The notes under the pieces are model-generated. The model was not told the origin of the DNA, searched no databases, and worked only from the letters and a program-made list of their open reading frames with translations. Shown here in pieces: positions 1 through 8,407 of a stretch of DNA of 64,000 bases. The stretch is from a virus. Taxonomy: Duplodnaviria > Caudoviricetes. The first letter of the stretch is position 1. Every line of letters starts with the position of its first letter. A program made the position numbers and the translations under genes. The DNA lies in the IMG/VR virus record IMGVR_UViG_3300021256_000089, positions 17,559 through 81,558 of that record; one strand, written 5' to 3'.

Positions 1-2
1 TT

Positions 3-215
3 GATATCACGGCTGACATCCTGAGGCTGCCGCAGTTTCAGGTGTTCAGGCTGATGCCGCAGGCAAAGTACGCAATGGAGCAGCGGATACGTGATCTGAT
101 CATGCAGGGATATGTGGTCAGAAATGAAAGCTCAACAGGCGATCTCAGATCTATTACACTGCGCAATCAGTATCGTGCCCTGCAAGTATGCTGCCGCTTA
201 ATTGCGGTGCAGTAG
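3..215 (+). CDS. Hypothetical protein, 5'-truncated by window edge
   Basis: Frame 3 open from base 3 to TAG at 213-215, whose stop overlaps the AGGAGG RBS of the next gene. Confidence 0.5.
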   Translation, partial: DITADILRLPQFQVFRLMPQAKYAMEQRIRDLIMQGYVVRNESSTGDLRSITLRNQYRALQVCCRLIAVQ

Positions 216-225
216 GAGGCATAAT

Positions 226-516
226 ATGTTCAAACTTGGATTCAAAGTTGGAGATATCGTTATAGGCAATGAGAAAGCGGGACATTACCATATTACCAAG
301 CCTGGCACACGCTGGCTTGTAGTCCAAGTATGTGACACACCGCTTGAAGATCCGATCATTATTGTCGGACGAGACAAAACCACGCATGAACTAAAGATTA
401 CCGAATCGATGTCGATGTATCCTGTCCGGACATCCGAGTTCGATTTAGCATCGATAAGTGTTGTTCCACTGACTGACCAGGAACGCACTCAAGTAATCGA
501 TTTATTGGAGAAATAA
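226..516 (+). CDS. Hypothetical phage protein (KOW/SH3-like N-terminus)
   Basis: AGGAGG RBS before ATG 226; FKVGDIVIG motif; C-terminus resembles that of the next gene. Confidence 0.65.
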   Translation: MFKLGFKVGDIVIGNEKAGHYHITKPGTRWLVVQVCDTPLEDPIIIVGRDKTTHELKITESMSMYPVRTSEFDLASISVVPLTDQERTQVIDLLEK

Positions 517-519
517 CTG

Positions 520-762
520 ATGGAAATAAAAACTGGTATGTACGTGAAAATCATAAACAGACTAGCTACAACAGCGCGATACGGTTTCGCTACGCCAATG
601 GAAACATGGATCGGTAAAACGGGTAAGGTAGAACACACGCTCGGAAACGAAGGTGTTGGCGTGGGAGGCTGGAACTGGAGCATTAAAGATGTTGTTCTAG
701 TTTCGACACAGCCGCTGTCCAAAGAGGAGAAGACACAGTTCTCTGCCCTTTTGAAAGGATGA
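520..762 (+). CDS. Hypothetical phage protein
   Basis: ORF packed directly after the previous one; IKTGMYVKI N-terminus; PLSKEEKTQFSALLK C-terminus. Confidence 0.6.
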   Translation: MEIKTGMYVKIINRLATTARYGFATPMETWIGKTGKVEHTLGNEGVGVGGWNWSIKDVVLVSTQPLSKEEKTQFSALLKG

Positions 763-768
763 AAACAA

Positions 769-852
769 ATGGAACCATGGATCATTTTCGGAATCGTGAC
801 AGTGATCGCCATAGCTCTCGGATGGGCACTTCACATGGAAGGAGATTTGTAA
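769..852 (+). CDS. Small membrane peptide (27 aa)
   Basis: MEPWIIFGIVTVIAIALGWALHMEGDL; AAAGGA upstream; single hydrophobic helix; not in ORF track. Confidence 0.4.
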   Translation: MEPWIIFGIVTVIAIALGWALHMEGDL

Positions 853-855
853 TCG

Positions 856-996
856 GTGGAAACAAGTCACATTTCCTTCTGGATTGAACTGAACGGCACA
901 TGGGTTGAGACTACGCAAGATGTATACTTGATTTTTGACGGCAACAAAGAAATCAGGACGGCACAAGACATCATAAAAACAATTGAAACGGAGTGA
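856..996 (+). CDS. Hypothetical protein (46 aa, GTG start)
   Basis: Fills the gap between neighbours; AAGGAG upstream; stop overlaps the next start. Confidence 0.4.
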   Translation: METSHISFWIELNGTWVETTQDVYLIFDGNKEIRTAQDIIKTIETE

Positions 997-1313
997 TGTA
1001 TATGCATAGTGAATATCTTGATTGGCTGTCTTCCGTTCTGGAAGAAGCCATCAACGCACAGGCGAAACAGGCTGAAGATCATGGTGAGATGCCAGAAGCA
1101 GAAGATGACAGCGTGAATCATCCCAATCATTACGCGGATAAGAATATCGAAGTCATCGATTACATCGAGGACACTTTGACGCATGAAGAGTACATTGGCT
1201 ACTGCATCGGCAACGTATTGAAATATGTGTCGCGTTGGCGCAAAAAGGGTGGTCTCGAAGACCTGGAAAAGGCAGCCGTCTATCTTGATTGGGCGATCAA
1301 GGCGGTCGAATAA
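993..1313 (+). CDS. DUF3310 family protein
   Basis: DSVNHPNHY...IEVIDYI...GNVLKYVSRW..KGGLEDLEKAAVYL signature. Confidence 0.85.
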   Translation: MMYMHSEYLDWLSSVLEEAINAQAKQAEDHGEMPEAEDDSVNHPNHYADKNIEVIDYIEDTLTHEEYIGYCIGNVLKYVSRWRKKGGLEDLEKAAVYLDWAIKAVE

Positions 1314-1316
1314 CAA

Positions 1317-2213
1317 ATGGCTATTTTTGTTACAGGAGACACGCACGGAGCAGAGCGTATTGGTTTTACTTCCTATGATGGTTTTCTGAGCCGCTTCAGC
1401 ATGGCTGCGTTCCCGGAACAGAAAGAACTAACAAAAGAAGATTTCGTCGTGATTCTTGGCGACTTCGGTGGCATATGGGAAACAAACAGATTCAAGTTCG
1501 AGGAGACAATGCAGGAAAAATACGCACTCGACGCGCTTGACAAACGATCGTTTACGACGCTGTTTGTGCCTGGTAACCATGAAAACTATGACCGTCTGAC
1601 AGGATGCACAGACGAAGCCTTACTGAATTCGTGGATGTATGAAAAGATGCCACCATCTGAAAAGGCAAAGCTGCGCCAAGGTTATCCTCAGCAGTCATGG
1701 CACGGCGGCATGGTCAGAGTCATCAGACCTTCCGTGCTGATGCTTGAGCGCGGTGATATTTTTGATATCGATGGCAAAAAATGTTTCGCATTCGGCGGAG
1801 CAAGAAGCCACGATATTCGCGATGGCATCCTTTACCCTGCTGATTATTCTGACAAGGAAAGCTTTGACGCAGAAAGACGGAAATGGATCCGGCATGGCAA
1901 GCAGTTTCGGATCAGCGGCATTTCCTGGTGGGAGCAGGAAGTCCCGTCTCAACAGGAAATGCAGCATGGGTATGAGACATTGCAGGAATTCCGCAAAACA
2001 GGCGGTGTTGTAGACTTCGTGTTCACGCACGACGCTCCATCGTCTGATAAAATCTATATGGGTTATGGCGGAGATCAGACTTTCAGCACCTATCTCGAAT
2101 CACTGCGGGATAAAATGGATTACGGCAAATGGTTTTACGGACATCTGCACGATAATCGCAGAGTGTTGGACAAACATTACCTGCTGTATGATCAAATTAT
2201 CCGTATTGCATGA
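1317..2213 (+). CDS. Calcineurin-like metallophosphoesterase
   Basis: Motifs GDTHG, LGDFG, GNHEN, THDAP, GHLH in canonical order. Confidence 0.9.
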   Translation: MAIFVTGDTHGAERIGFTSYDGFLSRFSMAAFPEQKELTKEDFVVILGDFGGIWETNRFKFEETMQEKYALDALDKRSFTTLFVPGNHENYDRLTGCTDEALLNSWMYEKMPPSEKAKLRQGYPQQSWHGGMVRVIRPSVLMLERGDIFDIDGKKCFAFGGARSHDIRDGILYPADYSDKESFDAERRKWIRHGKQFRISGISWWEQEVPSQQEMQHGYETLQEFRKTGGVVDFVFTHDAPSSDKIYMGYGGDQTFSTYLESLRDKMDYGKWFYGHLHDNRRVLDKHYLLYDQIIRIA

Positions 2214-2274
2214 TAATAAAAGACATAGACTGTACTCTTTTGTTATATTACAAAGTTAAGGCAAACATTTGTTC

Positions 2275-2303
2275 TTGACATAACATGGCCGCATCGGTAC
2301 AAT
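2275..2303 (+). promoter_or_regulatory. Sigma-A type promoter of the integrase
   Basis: TTGACA (2275-2280), 17-bp spacer, TACAAT (2298-2303), 33 nt before the integrase ATG. Confidence 0.75.
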
Positions 2304-2323
2304 ACTGGTGCGGCCTTCTTTTT
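2287..2323 (+). terminator. Intrinsic terminator / inverted repeat upstream of int
   Basis: GGCCGCATCGGT / ACTGGTGCGGCC 12-bp stem (2 G-U pairs), loop ACAAT, followed by TTCTTTTT. Confidence 0.7.
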
Positions 2324-2335
2324 CCTGGAGGTCCT

Positions 2336-3505
2336 ATGGAAATATCAAAAGAAGAGCTTCAGGCGATGCTTGATCAGGCCGCAACTGCCGCCGTAAGGCA
2401 GACGAACCTTGACAACTTGACAGATGCGGCTCCTGAGGAAGGAGCAGCTATGCGCATCAAGCAAAGAGTATCGTTAAACGGCCAGACTCATTGGCTAACA
2501 GGCAGCACGCCGCAGGATATCATGGACGGCTACCTGAAACTTTGTTTCAAGGAAGGCGTTGCCATGCCGCCAATGCCTCAAATGATGGCACAGGACGATT
2601 CTCCCCTATTCGGTGACTACCTGATGTCGTTCCTGCACGTTTTCAAGAAAGGCCAGGCATCAAACACGCTCGTAAACCGCGAACGAATTATAAAAAATCA
2701 CATTATGCCGCGTTTCGGCAAAACAAAGCTGAATCAGATTACTGTTTCGTCGCTTCAGCATTGGCTTAATGAGCTTTCTGAGATGTACGCGAAGGAAACG
2801 ATTCTGAAAATTGTTCACACAATGAATCCTGTGCTCGATTCAGCCGTAGAGGATGGCCTGATCACTCGAAATCCATTGCGATCTAAACGAATCGTAATCG
2901 GCGGACGGCCGACGGTAGGACACAAACCGATTCCGGCTCACAAGATGACAGAAATCAGGCAAAATCTGCACCGATTAGACGATCGGGAGCGCAAGATGGC
3001 GGCTCTTCTGTCTTATACAGGCATGCGATTTGAGGAAGTGCTCGGCGTCAAGTGGGAAGACTTCGATTTTGTGAATGGTTGGGTCACAGTACGGCGTGCA
3101 GTCGTGCATCCGACACGCAATCTTCCCGAGATTAAGTGTCCAAAAACGAAAACATCCGAGAGAGATATCCCAATTCCTAAAAATCTGCAGTCCGATCTCG
3201 GAATCCAGGGCACTGCGGGCTTTGTATTATCAAATGAGCGCGGTCAGCCTCTCAGCTACACGGAAGCCCGTCGCAGTTTTCAAAAAATAAAAAAAGAATT
3301 CGGCCTTGACGGGTACTCCGCCCATGATTTCCGCGACACTTGTGCTACCGAATGGCGGGAAAAAGGCATCCCTCTCGACGTCATTGCTCGTATGCTCGGC
3401 CATGCAAAGACAGAAACAACAGAGCGCAAATATGTGACATATAGAGATGCCCTCTACACCAGTATCCGTAAGGCTTTGGAGCCTGCCGATGTGACACTTT
3501 TGTGA
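2336..3505 (+). CDS. int: Tyrosine recombinase (phage integrase)
   Basis: Catalytic YTGMR, HDFR, LGH and KY residues; N-terminal SAM-like core-binding region; GGAGG RBS favours ATG 2336 over the track start 2285. Confidence 0.95.
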   Translation: MEISKEELQAMLDQAATAAVRQTNLDNLTDAAPEEGAAMRIKQRVSLNGQTHWLTGSTPQDIMDGYLKLCFKEGVAMPPMPQMMAQDDSPLFGDYLMSFLHVFKKGQASNTLVNRERIIKNHIMPRFGKTKLNQITVSSLQHWLNELSEMYAKETILKIVHTMNPVLDSAVEDGLITRNPLRSKRIVIGGRPTVGHKPIPAHKMTEIRQNLHRLDDRERKMAALLSYTGMRFEEVLGVKWEDFDFVNGWVTVRRAVVHPTRNLPEIKCPKTKTSERDIPIPKNLQSDLGIQGTAGFVLSNERGQPLSYTEARRSFQKIKKEFGLDGYSAHDFRDTCATEWREKGIPLDVIARMLGHAKTETTERKYVTYRDALYTSIRKALEPADVTLL

Positions 3506-3556
3506 CATTTCTCTGCAGATGAGGTCTAAAGCTAACATTCACATAACTATTTGGAT

Positions 3557-3602
3557 AAAAGAAAAACCACGGACAAAGCTTTGCACCGCCTCAATCCGTG
3601 GT
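3557..3602 (-). terminator. Terminator immediately downstream of the tRNA 3' fragment
   Basis: ACCACGGA/TCCGTGGT 8-bp stem followed on the minus strand by TTTTTCTTTT. Confidence 0.6.
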
Positions 3603-3606
3603 ACCC

Positions 3607-3652
3607 GAGCTGATGGCCGGAGTCGAACCGGCGACCTCATCCTTACCAAGGA
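3607..3652 (-). other. attP core: 3' half of tRNA-Thr(GGT)
   Basis: Minus strand reads TCCTTGGTAAGGATGAGGTCGCCGGTTCGACTCCGGCCATCAGCTC (anticodon loop with GGT, T-arm GTTCGA, acceptor 3' strand); D-arm and 5' acceptor strand absent; about 100 nt from the int stop. Confidence 0.85.
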
Positions 3653-3910
3653 ACCAATTTCGATAACAAAAACATAACGACACATACGGAGCCGCATCTG
3701 TCAGTTAGTCGAACTTTAACACATAAACTTGCCTGTACGAGTCTATCTGTTAGGGCTCGGATAAACTCAGAGCATATCGTTATACAATTTCCCTATTGAG
3801 TAGCTGTTTTATAACTTGATTTGCCTCCCAACGCACCGACATGAAGACTTATTCACTTGAAATTTTTCATGCGAAATCGAGTTGTATTTCTGCTACTCAG
3901 TAGGGAGAAT

Positions 3911-3962
3911 AAAAAAGGGGTACTTTCTACACGTTTCATGTAGATTGTACCCCTATTTTTTC
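3911..3962. terminator. Bidirectional terminator ending the late/lysis operon
   Basis: AAAAAAGGGGTAC..TCTAC-loop-GTAGA..GTACCCCTATTTTT; A and T tracts on both sides. Confidence 0.75.
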
Positions 3963-3968
3963 ACGAAG

Positions 3969-4322
3969 TTACTCGGCCTCAGCAGGCTGCTTTTCCCCTG
4001 CTTCAATCATATCGAGATCGAGTTCTTTCCAGGCCGCTTTCAGCGCAAGAACGACCTGATCGGTATCGACATTCCAGCCGGCAGCCTTCATCTTTTCAAG
4101 CGCAAGACGCCACTTCTCTTCACCGGCGTGCCTGCCGATCAGAGCTTCAACGCCTTTGACAATCAACTTTGCGTCATCAATCAGATGACGCGCTTCCAGC
4201 CACGGCATCACATAGATATGCCACACATGCCGCAGAGCGATGCCGCCCATCGCAGCAAGGACACCAATGACTGCTACAATAATGTCAGTCCAGTCGATTT
4301 GATTTAAAAAGTTCATACACAT
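3969..4322 (-). CDS. Phage holin (LL-H-like)
   Basis: N-terminal TM helix followed by PWLEA..AKLIVKGVEALIG..GEEK pattern; last gene of the lysis cluster. Confidence 0.7.
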   Translation of the reverse strand: MCMNFLNQIDWTDIIVAVIGVLAAMGGIALRHVWHIYVMPWLEARHLIDDAKLIVKGVEALIGRHAGEEKWRLALEKMKAAGWNVDTDQVVLALKAAWKELDLDMIEAGEKQPAEAE

Positions 4323-4411
4323 TCTCCTTTCTCAATGGGCGACATTGGGCCATAGCATACATAGCACCAATACAATAATAAAAACCAAACGTTTCATTCT
4401 ATCATTCCTTG

Positions 4412-4714
4412 TTAACCGTTATCGGTTGCTTCAGTTGGTTTATTGATCTCATATGCACTGCGGATTTCTCCGTATTTCGCAGCGAAATTCTTCTCAAAGA
4501 TACTATTCGTAGCGTAGCTGGCGATGACGCCTGTTTCAAATACAGACACCATTTGCAGAATGTTGGTCATCGCTTCAATTTGAATCTGATTTAACTGACC
4601 AAACGCGATCAAACAGATAATGCTGGCAACAATTACGAAGAATACAGCAAGGCAAAAGGTTGTAATCTTTTTGCTGTATTGAACATAAGTCTGCTTGATG
4701 TTCATCTTACTCAC
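4412..4714 (-). CDS. Two-TM membrane protein, holin-like
   Basis: Two hydrophobic segments; located in the lysis cluster. Confidence 0.55.
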   Translation of the reverse strand: MSKMNIKQTYVQYSKKITTFCLAVFFVIVASIICLIAFGQLNQIQIEAMTNILQMVSVFETGVIASYATNSIFEKNFAAKYGEIRSAYEINKPTEATDNG

Positions 4715-5036
4715 ACATGCCTTCGTAGTACAGCATGCAATCGGATAACGCAGTTATCTTATACACAGGAAGCTTCTCGATGCCACGCATCGCTCCCTCA
4801 GGAATTACCCAGGGATACCGCGTGTTATCATTGACGATAAGCCTCACTTCTGTCAAAGCTTTCACTGTAAACACGTCAAGCCGCACCGGTTCATCCCGAT
4901 CAGGAGCATAGAAGATCACAGATTGCCCCTGTGTCAACACGATAGAGCCGTCGTTCTCCGCCTGAATAACCTGCTTAGTGTCGGCATCGATCGCATAAAA
5001 GCTGTTGACAATAAAGTTACTTTCAAGGATTGCCAT
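4707..5036 (-). CDS. Hypothetical protein
   Basis: AGGAGG RBS; stop overlaps next gene. Confidence 0.6.
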   Translation of the reverse strand: MAILESNFIVNSFYAIDADTKQVIQAENDGSIVLTQGQSVIFYAPDRDEPVRLDVFTVKALTEVRLIVNDNTRYPWVIPEGAMRGIEKLPVYKITALSDCMLYYEGMCE

Positions 5037-5048
5037 CCTGCCACCTCC

Positions 5049-5453
5049 TTACTTAGCCGGATGTTCCGGCAGGTTGATTATCTCCTCAAGATATTTGTCA
5101 GACAGGTGATTCCTGCCTTTCTTGTGGTATTTGTGCACCATGTTTTCAATGCGTGCTTTTTCTGCTGCTGTACACCATTCCTGTTGATATACATAGAAAT
5201 CGTGGCTTTCCTGCAGCCTGCTTCCGATAATGTCAGCTGTGTCTTCATCGAGGCTGGTCAGTTTTTCATCCATGCTTCGCATTTTTTCATCCAATTCCTT
5301 AACACTTGAACGAATATCATTCAAAGGTTGCAGCGTCCATTTGCGAATTGCCGGAATGACCGTTGCGATAACGCCGATAAACCAGATGATTTCTTTTGTG
5401 TCTTTCAGAAATTGGATCAATCCATCCCACCATTCCACACTCACCACCCCCAT
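5049..5453 (-). CDS. Single-TM coiled-coil protein of lysis cluster (holin-like)
   Basis: TM helix, coiled coil, then EK..IE..YH..G.N motif common in genes adjacent to Firmicutes phage endolysins. Confidence 0.55.
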   Translation of the reverse strand: MGVVSVEWWDGLIQFLKDTKEIIWFIGVIATVIPAIRKWTLQPLNDIRSSVKELDEKMRSMDEKLTSLDEDTADIIGSRLQESHDFYVYQQEWCTAAEKARIENMVHKYHKKGRNHLSDKYLEEIINLPEHPAK

Positions 5454-5480
5454 TCGCTACGAACAGTGTGAGATCAGGGA

Positions 5481-6266
5481 TTATAAGGCATCAATAAGCT
5501 TGCTTATTTCCGCCAGTAAAGCTTTGAGTTTTTCTTTCGCTGTGCCGTCAGTATTCGTTGTACTGCCAGTGACTGGCGTTGTAGAAGATACAGGTTTATC
5601 TCTCAGGAATTTCGTCATCATGTAACCCGTGTATCGATCATACATAACGCGGCTCCATTCTCCTTCGTCACTTAACTTCTGCACTTCAGCACCGAACGGA
5701 ACAGCCGTAATACGGGCGCTGCGGGTAGACTTTTCTTCACGGAGATTGACGTCGCCGCCATTTTCGCTGTATACATACTTCGTCGTCATCGGAATCACCT
5801 CTTCATTTGCGCTGTTGTAATCGACTGCTTTCAGTTTGCCCCAGTGAGTCCATGCTTTGGTATAGGGATCCTCACGTACTTGCATGCCATTGGTGGAAGC
5901 GTGAATGATTTTCACGGGATTGACAGATACAACAAGACCAATATGATACATGTTTCCGTCAGCATCTTTGTTGTACCAACGATGCTTATTGTCTTTATCG
6001 GTCCAGGCTCTGTTCTTGAATACGGCCATGCCAACTTTCAGTTGATTCTGTGTTAGAATCCTGCCCTTTTCAGACAAGTCCTCGCGCCAGATCGTGTTGC
6101 TCCCATGATAGATAGTTGCTCCCTGCCGCTTGAATGCGCGCACAAACATGCCGCTGCAGTCAATTCCTTTTTCATCATTGGTGCCTGGAGACACATAGGG
6201 CCATCCTAAAGCATCTTTGAAATCCTGCACCATTTGTGCAATCTGTACTCTTGCCATCGATATCAC
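5481..6266 (-). CDS. Endolysin: NlpC/P60 peptidase with SH3b cell-wall-binding domain
   Basis: GIDCSG catalytic Cys, YHIGL and IIHAS His motifs; VNLRE..ST...I..VP.G.EV....EWSRVMY....GYM SH3b. Confidence 0.9.
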   Translation of the reverse strand: MISMARVQIAQMVQDFKDALGWPYVSPGTNDEKGIDCSGMFVRAFKRQGATIYHGSNTIWREDLSEKGRILTQNQLKVGMAVFKNRAWTDKDNKHRWYNKDADGNMYHIGLVVSVNPVKIIHASTNGMQVREDPYTKAWTHWGKLKAVDYNSANEEVIPMTTKYVYSENGGDVNLREEKSTRSARITAVPFGAEVQKLSDEGEWSRVMYDRYTGYMMTKFLRDKPVSSTTPVTGSTTNTDGTAKEKLKALLAEISKLIDAL

Positions 6267-6270
6267 CGGC

Positions 6271-6498
6271 TTAATAGACGATCATAGGCGTATCAGCCTT
6301 ACGATCAGTTAAAGGTCTTTCTTTGATTTCTCCGTTGTCAAGCTCATACAAAGGTGCACCGTTGTTATCGTATAAATCCTTGCCCCAAGGCATTAATCTG
6401 GAATCGATCTGTTGCCAACCGTCATTGCCAGTCATATCGCTCAGGCTCGCGGCGATGATATGATTCCGATTGTTCACATAAATCCAAATCACGATCAT
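6271..6498 (-). CDS. Small tail-fibre-associated protein
   Basis: Start overlaps the stop of the upstream receptor-binding gene; LYDNNGAPLYELDNGEIKER pattern. Confidence 0.55.
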   Translation of the reverse strand: MIVIWIYVNNRNHIIAASLSDMTGNDGWQQIDSRLMPWGKDLYDNNGAPLYELDNGEIKERPLTDRKADTPMIVY

Positions 6499-7445
6499 TC
6501 ACCCCTTCCGCAAACGATAAAACAAGGCACGATACCGGCATTGTCTGTACCAGCTTCACCTGTGTACGGGAAATTTCGTGCAGCGCCACGGCAGAACGCC
6601 GTAAAGGAATTGTCAACCGAAGATTCGCACCAGTAGTTGCAAGGGCTGCTGCCTTCGCCGAGCGTCTTGGACGTGTAATCACCAGCCAGTGCGAAGATAG
6701 GCCACTGTTGCACTGCCCCGCCGCTGCCAAAACGATTGTTGCTGTACATAGAGCTGCCCCAGATCTCTTTCTCAGTAGGAAAGAATAGTGCACCACGATT
6801 GCCCCAGTGCATACCAGAAGCAGAGGATACATTTGCGGCTTTCGTTTCCATCACATGCCGCATGCCGGAATTGTCGGAACCGGTATAAATGTATGGTCCA
6901 ATCTCAGTTTGTTTAAACAACCTGATGAGTCCGTTTGTTGAGTCATTCAGCGTCTTGTACAGCGCGGAGCCAGTCCATGGGTTATTTGTAGTTTTGTCAA
7001 ACCAGGTAGAATTGGCAGAACGCATCTGCAGAACGATAGGCAGCGCGGCATGGCAGGTAAACACTACGTGCTTTGTGCCAGCAGCAAACTCACCTTCGTC
7101 GCCGTAATACAAATAGGGATCGATAGCCGCAACCTCAAGACGCACAGACACGTTATTCAGCGTCTTATCGGTATCCGTTGCATAATCGTGGAAAGTACCG
7201 CCGATTGTCACGGGATAATAATCCCCAGGGTAGATTTCAGATGCCGCACCTTTGTTGATTTCAGCCAATAGTTCAGACGCAGTATACTTTTCTTTCAGAT
7301 TAACAGGCACATGCCTGCCATTTTGAATCGTAGTCTGTGTGTTGATCTCTCTGACAATGACTGTGCTGCCACCGGAAGAACCGGATTCGGAACTGCCGCT
7401 GCCGCCTGACCCGCCAGAGACTTGCTGCTCATAGATAAAAGGCAT
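6495..7445 (-). CDS. Putative receptor-binding protein, DUF6273-like / C-type-lectin-like fold
   Basis: LFFPTEKEIWG, QQWPIF, YWCES and terminal GIVPCFIV motifs; N-terminal Gly/Ser linker; AAGGAG RBS favours ATG 7445. Confidence 0.6.
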   Translation of the reverse strand: MPFIYEQQVSGGSGGSGSSESGSSGGSTVIVREINTQTTIQNGRHVPVNLKEKYTASELLAEINKGAASEIYPGDYYPVTIGGTFHDYATDTDKTLNNVSVRLEVAAIDPYLYYGDEGEFAAGTKHVVFTCHAALPIVLQMRSANSTWFDKTTNNPWTGSALYKTLNDSTNGLIRLFKQTEIGPYIYTGSDNSGMRHVMETKAANVSSASGMHWGNRGALFFPTEKEIWGSSMYSNNRFGSGGAVQQWPIFALAGDYTSKTLGEGSSPCNYWCESSVDNSFTAFCRGAARNFPYTGEAGTDNAGIVPCFIVCGRGE

Positions 7446-7483
7446 CCTGATCACTCCTTTCTGTTGAGTTTAGATATCAGTGA

Positions 7484-7615
7484 TCAGTCGATGATGAGTT
7501 CTTCCATGCCACTGTCGATCAGGATTTCGGCAACCTTCGCCTTCAGCAGCTTCGGCACCTGAGCATAAGTCTTCTTACCAAGCATAATTTGCTGAGCCCA
7601 CAGTAAAGCCATCAT
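7484..7615 (-). CDS. CD1375-like small phage protein, copy 1
   Basis: MMALLWAQQIMLGKKTYAQVPKLLKAKVAEILIDSGMEELIID; frame extends upstream to ATG 7663; not in ORF track. Confidence 0.75.
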   Translation of the reverse strand: MMALLWAQQIMLGKKTYAQVPKLLKAKVAEILIDSGMEELIID

Positions 7616-7683
7616 ATAAGCATTTCTCCTTCCAAATAAGACAGATAGTAATAAGAATCGCATAGTGTATCACCACATTTGCT

Positions 7684-7815
7684 TCAGTCGGTAATGAGAT
7701 CTTCACGGCCTGCATCATTCAGGATAGCCGCAACCTGTGTCTTCAGGAGCTTAGGCACCTGGCTGAACTGCTTCTTGCCGCTCAGAATCTGCTGAGCCCA
7801 AAGATGCGCAATCAT
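7684..7815 (-). CDS. CD1375-like small phage protein, copy 2
   Basis: MIAHLWAQQILSGKKQFSQVPKLLKTQVAAILNDAGREDLITD; ATGA overlap with upstream gene; not in ORF track. Confidence 0.75.
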   Translation of the reverse strand: MIAHLWAQQILSGKKQFSQVPKLLKTQVAAILNDAGREDLITD

Positions 7816-8174
7816 TGTTCTTCATCCTCCCCTGCGTACACAATCTCACTCATTTCCAGTAAACACTCAACCAGGAAATCGTTCTGCTCCTGCAGCTTAT
7901 TGTTGTGTTCAACAAGATCTTCATTGATATGATCCTGTTCTGTAACTGCCTCAAAATGAAAATGCCATCCATCATCTTCATGACGGATGTCACACACTTT
8001 GCCGTTTGTCCATTGTCGGCCAGCTGGATACATGCTGTCCGTGTTCTCAACAATAACAGGAGACAGCTTTCCGACGAACATATCTTCTGTAATTTCATCG
8101 GAGCTGATCAGATCGAACCAGTCCCCGTTGAGATTTTCAAGTGCTGTATTATCGGATAAAATTACTCGATACAC
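7812..8174 (-). CDS. Tail-fibre-associated hypothetical protein
   Basis: C-terminal coiled coil ending LVECLLEMSEIVYA, typical of genes preceding CD1375-like ORFs. Confidence 0.65.
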   Translation of the reverse strand: MYRVILSDNTALENLNGDWFDLISSDEITEDMFVGKLSPVIVENTDSMYPAGRQWTNGKVCDIRHEDDGWHFHFEAVTEQDHINEDLVEHNNKLQEQNDFLVECLLEMSEIVYAGEDEEQ

Positions 8175-8192
8175 GTTATCACTTCCTTCACA

Positions 8193-8396
8193 TTACCGAT
8201 CGCCGTCTTTCGGCTCCTCTGGAACTTCAATCGGTTCGTCCGTCTCTTCGTACTCCCATGTAGCGGTCTCTACGTCAATTGCCTCATCATACACGAGGTT
8301 GCTTGGAATCTGACGGATGCGTACTCCCGCATCGGACCACGTGCGGTATAATTTGACGCCATCGCTACGTGTCATAAATAACTCTTTCTTGATCAT
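8193..8396 (-). CDS. Small protein accompanying LRR tail proteins
   Basis: DGVKLYRTWSDAG..I.Q......YDEAID......YEETDEPIE pattern; GAGGTG RBS. Confidence 0.7.
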   Translation of the reverse strand: MIKKELFMTRSDGVKLYRTWSDAGVRIRQIPSNLVYDEAIDVETATWEYEETDEPIEVPEEPKDGDR

Positions 8397-8407
8397 TGAC
8401 TATCACC

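Noticed and set aside
3607-3652. Complete tRNA-Thr gene
   Set aside because: Upstream on the minus strand is AAATTGGT with no D-arm or 5' acceptor strand; only the 3' half is present, so it is called an att core
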